A DNA stretch of 64,000 nt, from contig JAZLKX010000052.1 of NCBI GenBank assembly GCA_045597865.1, positions 128,001 through 192,000 of the forward strand, read 5' to 3'. The stretch comes from Bacilli bacterium. GTDB taxonomy: Bacteria; Bacillota_I; Bacilli_A; RFN20; CAG-826. Position 1 is the stretch's first letter, and each line of letters starts with the position of its first letter. The position numbers and the translations under genes were made by a program. The notes below the pieces were generated by a model that was given only the letters and a program-made list of their open reading frames with translations, had not been told where the DNA came from and searched no databases. Positions 9,384 to 19,372 of the stretch are shown here, in pieces.

Positions 9384-10670
9384 TGCATGGTATGACCCAT
9401 GATTGCGGAGTAAACAAAATGAAAAGGTATTGGGAACTTGTAGTTGAGCGAAAAGATGTAATAGGTCCAGATAAATGGGTTTGGAAATCTGAAGAAAAAG
9501 ATAAAGCACTTAGAATTTTTGAAGCATATTTTAATACCGTTAAGCAGAGGTCTAAACAAATTTATGAAATAAAAGAACACTATATTAAAACTGATTATGG
9601 CTCTGTTACCTTAACTTATCGCACAGAAATTAAAGATACTTCAAAGCCAAACGGTTATGTATTTTGTCCTTATGTAAAATCTATATTTTAATTATGTGAG
9701 GCTGAATAAATATGAAAACAACAAACTTAGAATTTGATGATCATAATAATCGCATTCATTGGATTGATGATAGAAACATTGAATGGAAATCGGTTTATGA
9801 TTATTCTGGTAAGTCAGTGGATGTTTGTATCTATTGGGCTAAGTTTCCGGCAGGTTTACTTTCAACGATGCCTGAAGGTGGTGTAAGAGAGTGGCCCATT
9901 GAATTTAAATCCAATAAGGAGTGATTATGGACATTATCCTAAATGATGGTACTTTCGCAAGAAATGTTTCTGCTTGGGAATATGAACAGCTGAAAGCAAA
10001 AGGTTTGGTAGGAAAAATGAATACTAAGTAAGTAGCTAATGTACCAACTATAACGGAAGAACCAGCACCTGAACCAGGTGAAGCTGATTACTTTGATAAG
10101 CTTCGTAAGCTTTACCCAGGAATGACTATCACTGGTTGCACTGATCTTTGGTGGGCTAAATAATGACAGTTAATGAATTGATTGACTCACTTTACTGTTA
10201 TGATGGCAATACAGAAGTTACAATCATTGAACAGAAAGGCAATGTAACTCGTTGGCGACCAATTGAACAAAAAGACTTTGAAACAATACCTTGTGGAAAT
10301 AAACGAGTTATGCGATTACACGCAAACATTGCATATGAAATTCATCCAGATCAAGAACCGCAACCTTTAACTTGTGGATAGCTTATGCCAATACAAGCCG
10401 AATTTACACACATATATGATACCGGCAGCTGGTGGGTTAATAACGTGAATGATGAACATGTTTTTCGTGCTTTACCGGAAAATGATAGCTATAAAAGACT
10501 AATACTGCCACATTTTAGCACTTATGATGCTCCTAATTATGTTTCAACACCAGATCGTTTAAACGAATTAAGTTTACCTACTAATAGCGACGGCAAAATA
10601 TCTTATTTTGATGAAATGAAATATCGTAACCGTGAATGCTGGGAGTTGGATAAATAATGTTGAACAGGGG

Positions 10671-10699
10671 TTTACATAGCCCCTGTTTTTTGTTATTTT
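10671..10699 (+). promoter_or_regulatory. early-type promoter (TTTACA-17-TATTTT) in a hairpin loop
   Basis: CAGGGG-TTTACATAG-CCCCTG-TTTTTT, second copy of the 2400 element. Confidence 0.6.
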
Positions 10700-11132
10700 A
10701 AAATCATAGAGGTTACTTAATAATGAAACAGTACGATATTTGGAAATTTGAAATCACATTTGAAAATTGTGAAAATGTAGATGTAATTGCTTCTGCTGTT
10801 GAAGGTTTGTGTTTTAGACGAGTAGGTTCTCGTGCAAGTATGTGTTCATCATTGCATGGCATGCTTGTTGTAGAAGAAGACTATATTGATGATCTGTATA
10901 TCAAGATTGCTTTAGACAAAAAGGCAATTCGTCAACTTCGTCCGGATGTTTGGACAGAAGATCCTACAAAGCGACTTAAAGAATCTAATGATATTACACA
11001 TATCACAATTAACGATGAATATCTTGCTGTTCCTTATGAAGAACCAGAAGACAAACGATGGGTAAATAAGTTTCAGAAAATTGAAGTAACTGATACACAC
11101 ATCATTATCAGAATTTCAACAAAGCAGGCAGC

Positions 11133-11285
11133 ATGAAAAAACAATATGAAAAACCAAAGATGAATGTTATTGAATTTACTTTCAAGTCAAGCCTTCTTGC
11201 GAGTTCTTCAGCTGGTCCTGAAGATGAATGCGAAAATCCGTGGTGGTGCGATAGGCAGCCGAGCGCTGATGATTGGTGGGGGTGA
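11133..11285 (+). CDS. 50-aa peptide resembling a RiPP precursor (YxxP leader, Cys/Trp-rich core)
   Basis: Translates as MKKQYEKPKMNVIEFTFKSSLLASSSAGPEDECENPWWCDRQPSADDWWG; ATGA-coupled to the upstream ORF and 3 nt before the GNAT. Not in the ORF track. Confidence 0.7.
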   Translation: MKKQYEKPKMNVIEFTFKSSLLASSSAGPEDECENPWWCDRQPSADDWWG

Positions 11286-11288
11286 ATA

Positions 11289-11822
11289 ATGCTTAAGATG
11301 GTTCCGTTGACAAAAGAACTGATTCCTGAAATCATTCGTGTATGGCAGGAAATCTTTCCTAATGAAACTTTATTCTTTGGATTTGATGGAATGAACTGTT
11401 TTGAATACTCTTTCGTTCCAGGTAACATCGGCAGCCATCGTTATTATCTTTATTATGATAATGATGAAGTCATTGGCATGTCAGGTTTCTATGATGAACC
11501 GAATGAAGATCAATGTGAAAGTGCATGGCTTAGCTGGTTCGGCGTTTTAGAAAAACATCGCGGAAAAGGATATGGACGAGAAATTCTAAAATGTTTTGAA
11601 ACTGAAGCAAAACTTGCAGGCTATGAATACTGCCGTATGTACACCGAAGACTCGCCATCAAACAAAGCAATTCAGTTTTATGAAAAGGCCGGGTATACTT
11701 TTGAAAAGTATAATGGCGCAGTTCCAAAAGACTGTAATGTTGACAAGATAACTGTTGGTAGTAAAGCTATTGACAGCTTACCATTGGTTCCTTGGAACAA
11801 CAGAGAAATCTATTTTGAATAA
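11289..11822 (+). CDS. GNAT family N-acetyltransferase
   Basis: WFGVLEKHRGKGYG acetyl-CoA motif A; N.AIQFYEKAGY motif B. Confidence 0.9.
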   Translation: MLKMVPLTKELIPEIIRVWQEIFPNETLFFGFDGMNCFEYSFVPGNIGSHRYYLYYDNDEVIGMSGFYDEPNEDQCESAWLSWFGVLEKHRGKGYGREILKCFETEAKLAGYEYCRMYTEDSPSNKAIQFYEKAGYTFEKYNGAVPKDCNVDKITVGSKAIDSLPLVPWNNREIYFE

Positions 11823-11833
11823 CGGAGCTAACT

Positions 11834-12214
11834 ATGAGCATTCTAACTGATGTACTGAATGATATTCAGAAAACTATAAAAACTGATATGGAACCTATCT
11901 TTGATGTTCCAACACCAAAAGGTGGCAAGCATACATACAAGACAGAATTTCCTGAACTCGCAAAAGCGCTTGATGCAAATCCAAACATAGATGTTATAAC
12001 TGTATCAAATGTATCTTTTCATGACTGGGCTATTCATATGATTATGAAGTCTGGTGCTAAAGTCTGGATTGATGCCGGCGATGAATCATCAGCACGTACA
12101 TTCAACATGGCTGCGCCGTATTACATTGCAGTTGATGGACTAGGCGATGCTAATTGGTCAAAGAATGAAATTGAATATGAAGAAATGCTAAAGATCATTG
12201 GAGAATTAAAATGA
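11834..12214 (+). CDS. hypothetical protein
   Basis: GGAG RBS, 126-aa ORF. Confidence 0.7.
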   Translation: MSILTDVLNDIQKTIKTDMEPIFDVPTPKGGKHTYKTEFPELAKALDANPNIDVITVSNVSFHDWAIHMIMKSGAKVWIDAGDESSARTFNMAAPYYIAVDGLGDANWSKNEIEYEEMLKIIGELK

Positions 12215-12544
12215 CGCTAACTTTTTATGTACAGTTCCCTGAAACTGATAAACATGTCTACCCGAAGCAGGGCGGCGGCTCAACAACTGACATCAAAGAA
12301 GCTATGATTTTTACTGAGGAAGAAGCCTGCTATTCACGAGCAAAAGAGTTTGCCGGCAAGTATAGTTTCCAATTTGTAAATCTGGGCTAAAACTGTAATT
12401 TTGTGTTTACTGTATAATTGTCCGTAATAAAGAATTTTAACACAACCACAGATGTTTTTCGTCAAAAACTGTAATAAAACTGCTTAAATTTCATAAATTT
12501 ATGATCTTATTTTTAGGATTTTGCAGCGAAGATTTGGTTTTGAC

Positions 12545-13995
12545 AAAGAAAACCCGACCGCAAGATGCCATCCCTTTAGGGTGGCATATAGGTCGGCAAG
12601 GTATGTAAAGAAAATATTACAAACTAGTTGATGCGAAAATAATTATATTTTGAGTAGAAAACATATAAATAATAGTTGACGTCAAGAAATTAAGTCTTAT
12701 GGAACGATTACGAAGTGAAGATACAAAAGCCAAGATACGGGCAAGTATGTCCGCAACGAAGGCTAAACGGAAGACACAGGTCTGCCGTGTATTTGAACTC
12801 AAGGTATCCGTAAGGCACAATCCCAAGGAAGTGTTCCAGAAACTAGCCAACTGCTTTAAGGAAGCAAAGTGGGTAATCAACGATATGCTGTCCAAGTCCA
12901 AGAACAGTAGTATGTTTGATTACAAGTATACCGAGCATAAGGAAGTGACCCACTTTGATAAGGAAATGAATGAGGTTGTATCAACCATTACCTTACCATC
13001 CGTGTTGCACAGGGCGACTGTTGCCCAAAAGCTGACGGATATTTGCAATCTTGCCAAGGCAAGACAGCCTGGCAGAAAGATAGGTGCATTGAAGTACAAG
13101 AGACAAGTTAATTGTATTCCTATCATAACTGGATTCACGAAGATTATAGATGGCTGTAGGATAACCATTCCGGGTTTCCGTAAGTTGCGAGTTCATGGGA
13201 TTAACCAACTCCATCAATTTGAAGAGTTTGAGATAGCGGATGCCAAGCTAATCCGTAAGGCATCTGGCTACTATGTAAAGATTAGCATAATGTTACCGAA
13301 GTCATCAAGGAAGCCTACCAACCGAGAGGTCGGTCTTGATTTCGGTATAAAGGATTCCATAACGACATCGTTCGGTGACAAGTACAACTGCAATGTGCAA
13401 GAATCGGAGTACCTGAAGTTCCTGAGCAGAAAGCTAAATAGGAACAAGAAGCGGAAGGACTCCAAGCGTAGGTGGAGGTGTAGGTGTCAACTGGCTAGGG
13501 AATATGAACACTTGGCTAATGTTAGAAAAGACATTGCTAACAAGATATACCATAGGCTAGTAACCGACTATGATGTGATCTACTTTCAAGACGAGCAGAT
13601 TAAGAACTGGCATAAGGGATGGTTTGGTAAACAAGTCCAGTCCTCTTGCCTTGGTTCACTGAAACAACGACTTGTTGCTCTGGAAGCAAGCGGTCGCAGT
13701 TTCAAAATATCAAAGTGGGAACCCACTACCAAGCTATGTCCTAACTGTGGGTGTATCAATCCTATTGGTTTGGGTACACGAACATACAAGTGTGATTGTG
13801 GATATACACTTGATAGGGATACACACTCTGCCCGTGTTGTCTTGATGATTGGCTCATCTAAAAGAGCCGAGTGCTTGGAACAAGCCTCCGCTGAGGTAGC
13901 TACCTCTATGCCTATTAGCACTGCTAGTAGCGCACAAGCAGCTCCGTTGAAGCGAAAACTAGAAGCTCTCACCCTTTAGGGTGTGGGTAGTTCAC
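12545..13995 (+). mobile_element. IS200/IS605-family TnpB-only (IS1341-like) element
   Basis: Subterminal hairpins sharing CCCTTTAGGGTG at both ends. Left cleavage site TGAC (12541-12544) with guide tetramer CAAG (12561-12564); right end TCAC (13992-13995) with GAAG (13962-13965). No tnpA present. Confidence 0.85.
12699..13979 (+). CDS. tnpB: RNA-guided nuclease TnpB
   Basis: RuvC-I VGLDFG, atypical RuvC-II IYFQDE, Zn ribbon CPNC...CDC, RuvC-III DRD. Confidence 0.92.
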   Translation: MERLRSEDTKAKIRASMSATKAKRKTQVCRVFELKVSVRHNPKEVFQKLANCFKEAKWVINDMLSKSKNSSMFDYKYTEHKEVTHFDKEMNEVVSTITLPSVLHRATVAQKLTDICNLAKARQPGRKIGALKYKRQVNCIPIITGFTKIIDGCRITIPGFRKLRVHGINQLHQFEEFEIADAKLIRKASGYYVKISIMLPKSSRKPTNREVGLDFGIKDSITTSFGDKYNCNVQESEYLKFLSRKLNRNKKRKDSKRRWRCRCQLAREYEHLANVRKDIANKIYHRLVTDYDVIYFQDEQIKNWHKGWFGKQVQSSCLGSLKQRLVALEASGRSFKISKWEPTTKLCPNCGCINPIGLGTRTYKCDCGYTLDRDTHSARVVLMIGSSKRAECLEQASAEVATSMPISTASSAQAAPLKRKLEALTL

Positions 13996-14000
13996 AACTG

Positions 14001-14008
14001 TATAAATA
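14001..14008 (+). promoter_or_regulatory. T4-type late promoter TATAAATA
   Basis: Exact consensus. Other exact copies start at 12664, 19288, 20978, 40555, 49259, 54042, 57146, 59553 and 59839; ATAAATA variants precede many structural genes. Confidence 0.7.
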
Positions 14009-14061
14009 ATTCAATAGGACTACGTGAAATGAGTGTATCATTATCTTCGGGAGGACTTGAT

Positions 14062-14289
14062 ATGAATCCTTGGGAAAAGAGACACAAGTTTATGTTAGAC
14101 CAAGCGAAAGCGATGAATGATCATCGTTGGATTGAAAGCGAAAAAGCGGCACGAGATTTAGGTGAGGCAGCTTACCGCGAATGGGTCGCTAAATTTGCTA
14201 AAGAATTTCGAGAAGCTTGGGAAAAGGAAAACGGCCCAGTTGTGGAGGAAAAAGTAAATGGAAAAGATGAACGAAGCAGTGAAGATTGA
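14062..14289 (+). CDS. DUF4032-like small protein
   Basis: GGAGG RBS before ATG 14062; HRWIESEKAARDLG.AA..EW motif. Confidence 0.55.
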   Translation: MNPWEKRHKFMLDQAKAMNDHRWIESEKAARDLGEAAYREWVAKFAKEFREAWEKENGPVVEEKVNGKDERSSED

Positions 14290-14749
14290 CGGCTTTGACG
14301 CTGAAGCACAGCACGCATTTGATAAGTTGGCAGGATACTTTGCCGTTTTCAAGTCTCGTGCTAATCCTAAGAGTCCAAGATATATTACAAAGCTAAATGA
14401 ATTTCAGCTAAAGTTTTTGGAATTCTTGGATAAGGCTGAAACTGAAAAGGCACGCCTTCAAGTTGGTGCATTCGTTAAAGAAATTCGTGGCTTGATTGAT
14501 GCAAAGGACAAGGAAGCTGCTGCTGAACCTAAGAATACGGTTATTGCTGGTGGAAAGATTCGTGACCTTTCTCGTAAGGGTAGAAGCAAAACAAACAAGC
14601 CTGAAGAATGGTCTTATGTAAATCCAAATAACGGCGGTGAATACTGGGACGGTGATGTTCACGTTTATGAAGCACCGGCTGAAGAAGATGATGAAGTCAG
14701 CGCCGCTGTAGAAAAGCTTCGCAAGAAAGGCTATAAAGTTAGCAAGTAA
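14258..14749 (+). CDS. hypothetical protein
   Basis: 163-aa ORF with phage-typical codon usage. Confidence 0.75.
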   Translation: MEKMNEAVKIDGFDAEAQHAFDKLAGYFAVFKSRANPKSPRYITKLNEFQLKFLEFLDKAETEKARLQVGAFVKEIRGLIDAKDKEAAAEPKNTVIAGGKIRDLSRKGRSKTNKPEEWSYVNPNNGGEYWDGDVHVYEAPAEEDDEVSAAVEKLRKKGYKVSK

Positions 14750-14847
14750 CTTACATAAACTTTAAACATATGAACGGTGTAGGAAGTTCCTCGCCGTTCT
14801 TTTTATCTTAAAACAAGGAAACTCATGTATGAAGGAGAAGAATAACT

Positions 14848-15207
14848 ATGGAACATTACAATGATGACTATGGCTGGCCGTATCTTGACGAAGCTGCTGC
14901 CAATGACTTTGACGAAAAAGCAAAAGGAATGTCAGGCGTATTGTACCGTAGGTTTTCATCAAGAGCTGAATTGGGTTACAGAATTGCTATGTCCGTTGTA
15001 AGACAAGAATACCCTGGCGATCCTAGGATGAGCGAAATAAATATAGACGCAATAGCAAAAAAGACACTTGATATTGTGTATAAGTCATTGACATATGTTA
15101 GCAGTGCATTCTGTGCTAATCCGAGCAACGCTAACTTAGGTATTGAAAATTATTTAAGAATGCACATCACGAAGATGGTACGCAAGCAAGTAATTCTTGA
15201 TGAATAA
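14848..15207 (+). CDS. hypothetical protein
   Basis: AGGAG RBS, 119 aa. Confidence 0.7.
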   Translation: MEHYNDDYGWPYLDEAAANDFDEKAKGMSGVLYRRFSSRAELGYRIAMSVVRQEYPGDPRMSEINIDAIAKKTLDIVYKSLTYVSSAFCANPSNANLGIENYLRMHITKMVRKQVILDE

Positions 15208-15245
15208 TTTATGGAGAGTTTGCTTGACGCTGTAAGGAGTATATA

Positions 15246-15560
15246 ATGAATAATGGATTTAATGCTGCCGATTTGGTTGACAAAACAAAAATGACAGATG
15301 AGCAAAAGTATGATCCTGCTCGTATTGCCAAACTTATTCGCGATGCAGCAAAACAGGGCGGTATCATGCTGAAAGGCCCAGAAAAGAACTGCAAGCATTG
15401 TCATGGCCGTGGGTGGATTGGACTTAATCATGAAACTGGTGATCCTATCTGTTGCCGTTGTATTTTCTTTAAAGAAGACTTACAGAATCGTTCTGAAGAA
15501 ATTCCTGAAGCTGCAAGAAAACCGTTAAACCGTGCAGAACGCCGAAAGAAGAAAAAATGA
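15246..15560 (+). CDS. small Zn-finger protein
   Basis: CKHCHGRG...CCRC motif and basic NRAERR tail. Confidence 0.65.
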   Translation: MNNGFNAADLVDKTKMTDEQKYDPARIAKLIRDAAKQGGIMLKGPEKNCKHCHGRGWIGLNHETGDPICCRCIFFKEDLQNRSEEIPEAARKPLNRAERRKKKK

Positions 15561-15901
15561 CACTGTCTTTATCAAACTCAGCTGTTGTAGAAGTATTTAA
15601 AAAATATGGCTGGAATACTGTTGGCCACAATGATCTTTTTACATCAGCATCAGTAGCAAAAAAATTTGTGAAAGAAGATGGCCGAGCTTTAATCGCAGTG
15701 TATACACAGGACTTGCATGATGAACTTATCATTATAAACGATGAATCATTATTGTATGAAACGCGAGGTGATTGGAAAATCTGGTCCTTATCGCAGCTTG
15801 AGGAAAGACTGATTGAAGACGAAAGAATTTACAAGCAGTATTTGAAACAGATAAAAATTAAGCAAATAATGAATGAAGGCAAAACTTTATTAAATTTGTA
15901 A
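15557..15901 (+). CDS. hypothetical protein
   Basis: ATGA-coupled 114-aa ORF. Confidence 0.7.
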   Translation: MTLSLSNSAVVEVFKKYGWNTVGHNDLFTSASVAKKFVKEDGRALIAVYTQDLHDELIIINDESLLYETRGDWKIWSLSQLEERLIEDERIYKQYLKQIKIKQIMNEGKTLLNL

Positions 15902-15929
15902 AAGGTAAAAATAAATAGGAGTTTATAAC

Positions 15930-16877
15930 ATGGGTATTGCATCTGGTCTGTGGGTGGAGCGCTATCGCCCAAAGTCTGTAGCTGGTCTTGTCCTTCCAAA
16001 GGACTTTATGAAATTCTTTAAGAAGATTGTTGAAGATGGTGACATTCCAAATCTTCTTTTGAGCTCCCCGACACCGGGCACCGGGAAAACTAGCATTGCT
16101 AAGGCTATTGTCGCTGACTTGAACGCTGATTACATTTATTTGAACGCTTCATCTGAAAACAGTATTGATGTTATTCGTAATCAGATTGCTGGCTTTGCTC
16201 AAACAATGAGCTTTAATCAAGGCAAGAAGATTGTTATTCTTGACGAAGCTGACGGTTTGACTCGTCAGTTCCAGCAAGCACTTCGTGCATACATGGAAGA
16301 ATTTCAGTCAAACTGCCGTTTCATTCTAACTTGTAATAGAATTGGTCAAATCATTGAACCGCTTAAGCAAGGCAGAACGATGGTATTTGACTTTGACATG
16401 GCTAAATATCGTACTGAGCTTGAACCTCAAATCGTTGCTCGTGTAAAAGGTATTCTTAAGCATGAAAACGTTGAATTTGCCGATGGGATTGTTGAAAAAA
16501 TCGTAAACAGAACATTCCCTTCAATTCGTAAAGCAATTTCTTTTGTTCAACAGTACGCCGAAACACATGGGTCCATTGATGAAAACGCTGTACCTAAGGA
16601 TTTGGCAAAAGATCTTGTTGAAAAGTTTGCTTATGATCCGGCAGGTAAGCCGAATGTGTCAGCAACACGCTTGTATATTGAACAAGAAGGCTTGTCAGCA
16701 GCTGAAGTTTATCATGCATTGTTTGAAAAATTTGTACCTGATGAAAGGTGCATTAAGAAAGCGCAAGCAACTATCTTGTTAGCTGATTATGAATATCGCA
16801 CAAGTCAGTCTGCTGACCCATCATTACAAATGGCCGCCTGCTTGATGGAACTGGCTGGCTGTTGGGGTAAGAAATAA
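15930..16877 (+). CDS. gp44: clamp loader large subunit, T4 gp44-like
   Basis: LWVERYRP, SPTPGTGKT Walker A, ILDEAD Walker B, NCRFILTCN. Confidence 0.95.
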   Translation: MGIASGLWVERYRPKSVAGLVLPKDFMKFFKKIVEDGDIPNLLLSSPTPGTGKTSIAKAIVADLNADYIYLNASSENSIDVIRNQIAGFAQTMSFNQGKKIVILDEADGLTRQFQQALRAYMEEFQSNCRFILTCNRIGQIIEPLKQGRTMVFDFDMAKYRTELEPQIVARVKGILKHENVEFADGIVEKIVNRTFPSIRKAISFVQQYAETHGSIDENAVPKDLAKDLVEKFAYDPAGKPNVSATRLYIEQEGLSAAEVYHALFEKFVPDERCIKKAQATILLADYEYRTSQSADPSLQMAACLMELAGCWGKK

Positions 16878-17548
16878 TGTACGACGCACAAAAGATTTCG
16901 TTTGATGATTGGGCGCTTGGCTATAAGCATGGCGTGTATGTCTTTTCACAGGACTCATGCTCTGCTTGTAAGCGTTATCAGCAGGAACTGAAATACATTG
17001 ACAACTACTATCTGTATTTTGTAGAAGTAGCCACAACGAAACAGATGGCACTTGTTGAAAAGATCGTCGGCCGTTCTGCATATCCTATTACAGCTGGTTT
17101 TGAAGATAATGTTTTGAAGTTTGCTCGTGTAGGAATTGAATGGGACACGCAGCAAGCGGAAATCATTTTGCCATTCCTTGAAAAGTTTGGTAAGCGTCCA
17201 CTGACACAAGCTGAAATTGATGAACGCGTAAGGAAGCAGCGCAATAAATGTATGCTTACTTACTATGTGTTTCCGCCTGGTGTAACTGATGAACAGAAAA
17301 AGACTATTATGAACACTGCTGGAAAATACAATGAATTGCCTATTGATGTTTCAACAGTGGCACCTGCATGTCCGCTTGAAGAACGAGAACGAATGCTTGA
17401 AAGCCAGTACGCCGTCGCAAAGATGGTTGTGTTCAGCAATGGAAATAATCTTGATAATTTTGAACAGCGCATTGTGATTGGCTACGCTGCAGTAAACAAT
17501 GAAATCAAATTCGTAATGAGGGACATAAATGAATACGGACAATCTTAG
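16877..17548 (+). CDS. thioredoxin-fold protein
   Basis: YVFSQDSCSACK CxxC motif and later AYP (cis-Pro loop-like). Confidence 0.55.
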   Translation: MYDAQKISFDDWALGYKHGVYVFSQDSCSACKRYQQELKYIDNYYLYFVEVATTKQMALVEKIVGRSAYPITAGFEDNVLKFARVGIEWDTQQAEIILPFLEKFGKRPLTQAEIDERVRKQRNKCMLTYYVFPPGVTDEQKKTIMNTAGKYNELPIDVSTVAPACPLEERERMLESQYAVAKMVVFSNGNNLDNFEQRIVIGYAAVNNEIKFVMRDINEYGQS

Positions 17549-17804
17549 TGAAATTGCCGAACTTGCAAATGTAGCCGAAGCTATGTATGGCTTCAAAACC
17601 GAGCTTAACCTATCGGCTGCTAATATGGCTTATAATCAGATTCTTATCGTTAAGAAAGGCCATGAACCCCGAGAAATCATGCATGTAATGTATCTTGACG
17701 GCGTATTTCAGTTTGCTACTTGTGGAGACAAAACTGTACATTCGTTGGAAGAAATGCCGGACATGTTTGAATTTCTAAAGTCATATAAATACTCAAACGA
17801 ATAA
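17529..17804 (+). CDS. hypothetical protein
   Basis: ORF within the operon. Confidence 0.65.
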   Translation: MNTDNLSEIAELANVAEAMYGFKTELNLSAANMAYNQILIVKKGHEPREIMHVMYLDGVFQFATCGDKTVHSLEEMPDMFEFLKSYKYSNE

Positions 17805-17813
17805 CGAGGTTAT

Positions 17814-18569
17814 ATGATAGAAATCATTCCAATCTCAAAACGAGAACCGTGGCAGATTGATACTGACAAGCGGTTCTATATTGAGAATCGTGATAATCTT
17901 GATGGCATTGCAGCTAAGTATAACTGGGCCATTGAGAATATCATTTTGAAATCAGACGATGACGTGATTTGCTTCCGTCATGCTGATACTGAATTTAGAA
18001 CACAGCGAGATATCATCGAGTCGCAGGTTCGTCAGCAGTGGGAAAACGGTGCAGGTGTCTGCGGCGTAATTGGAACTATTGCTTTGGAAGGTTCATGTCA
18101 GTGGTGGACACCTAATCGTCACATCAACGGTTCAGGCTATATCATCCAAGGTGGGGTAAGACCTAAGGTTGATGATAAAGGTAAGCCAATCATGAATGAT
18201 GCTGGCCAGCCAATTATGGAAAAATATGAATATCCTATGGCAGACCACCCAGGTGTACATGATTATCTTGCAACTGTTGATGGTTGTTGCCTTTGGGTAA
18301 ACAGAAAGTTATTTGAAGAAGGCGTAAGATTTGATACCAGCTTAAAGGGTTATCATTTTTATGATACGGATATCTGCTGTGAAGCACTTTCTAGAAAATA
18401 CAAAGTTTCAACAGTGAATGTAGTCGTTAAACACGATAGCGTTGGTGCGATGCCTGAAGGCTTTGATGCACTGCGTAAAGTTTTCTTTGAAAAATGGAAC
18501 CAAAGAATTGATACTTGGCCCATCACTCGACTAACGAGGTTCAAAGATGACAGGCGTGGAAAGAACTAA
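17814..18569 (+). CDS. GT-A fold glycosyltransferase (GT2-like)
   Basis: IAAKYN, CFRHAD (DxD-like), GVIG, VDGCCL and FD....YHFYDTDIC motifs. Confidence 0.85.
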   Translation: MIEIIPISKREPWQIDTDKRFYIENRDNLDGIAAKYNWAIENIILKSDDDVICFRHADTEFRTQRDIIESQVRQQWENGAGVCGVIGTIALEGSCQWWTPNRHINGSGYIIQGGVRPKVDDKGKPIMNDAGQPIMEKYEYPMADHPGVHDYLATVDGCCLWVNRKLFEEGVRFDTSLKGYHFYDTDICCEALSRKYKVSTVNVVVKHDSVGAMPEGFDALRKVFFEKWNQRIDTWPITRLTRFKDDRRGKN

Positions 18570-18918
18570 CGAGATTCAGTACATTGAGGACCAGTTTCCT
18601 GGACTCCAGTGGTCTTTTGCCACTGGAGATTCTTCGCGTTTCTATACTGGAAAGGTACGCGGTATTTCAGTTGTAAGCGTTTCATTACCGTCAGGCGATT
18701 TTTTCTTATATGATAAGGCAGCTAAGATCATGGCTGAAACAGAATCGCTTGACCATGATGAAAAGTTTATGATAAACAATAGCGCGGTGATGTATAATAT
18801 CTCTGATAAAAAACGAACCTTGAAGAAAATTTGTGAGACTGCTGAAAAAGCGATAAAACGTTATTATATTTTACAAAAGAAGGAAGAAATCTATGCCGAA
18901 GGCAACTACGAAGACTAA
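18547..18918 (+). CDS. hypothetical protein
   Basis: ORF within the operon. Confidence 0.6.
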   Translation: MTGVERTNEIQYIEDQFPGLQWSFATGDSSRFYTGKVRGISVVSVSLPSGDFFLYDKAAKIMAETESLDHDEKFMINNSAVMYNISDKKRTLKKICETAEKAIKRYYILQKKEEIYAEGNYED

Positions 18919-19363
18919 GAAACCAGCTGAACAGCCGTCCGAAGAAAAAGAAAAAACGATAGGTCTTTTTGACGTATTAGATATGATTCAGACAAAACGC
19001 ATTCCGTGGTCTGAACTTGACGAAGCTTATAAGAAAGCCTACAGCCAATACATGATAAACCGGTTCATTTCGTCTGTTGAAATGTATTTACCGATCTTGG
19101 CTAAGCTTTCTGAAATTAAACAGCTGACCGATGAGCAGCATTATACTATTTTGTGTAATATAATAGCAACAAAACATTGGTTCAACTATAAAACTTATAA
19201 GAAGGAAAAGACAGATAAAGACACAGAATTGCTTTTGTTTGCTATTACGAAAGAATATGAGATTGGTCGCCGTGAAGCCAAGACTTATATAAATAATTTA
19301 ACGGAAACGGTTAAGGATAAACTTCGCTCCAAGTGGACTGAGTTATACAATTCATTAAATTAG
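18893..19363 (+). CDS. gp62: clamp loader small subunit, T4 gp62-like
   Basis: LFDVL..I...K, YSQYMINRFIS, EYEIGRREAKTY match the gp62 pattern; gp44 lies upstream. Confidence 0.8.
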   Translation: MPKATTKTKKPAEQPSEEKEKTIGLFDVLDMIQTKRIPWSELDEAYKKAYSQYMINRFISSVEMYLPILAKLSEIKQLTDEQHYTILCNIIATKHWFNYKTYKKEKTDKDTELLLFAITKEYEIGRREAKTYINNLTETVKDKLRSKWTELYNSLN

Positions 19364-19372
19364 AGGAAACAA

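Larger units (their letters stand above)
5161..11136 (+). other. array of about 25 short co-oriented hypothetical ORFs (accessory/early region)
   Basis: Tightly packed 40-140 aa ORFs with RBSs and lower GC. 5514..5744 has a lipoprotein-like signal (LFIGC); 6538..6792 has two TM segments. Confidence 0.75.

Noticed and set aside
12390-12540. AT-rich stretch with several (A)ACTGTA repeats as a replication origin
   Set aside because: The repeats are short and irregular, and nothing else supports an origin.
13981-14061. N-terminal extension of ORF 13981..14289
   Set aside because: It overlaps the IS right end and the late promoter; a GGAGG RBS supports ATG 14062.
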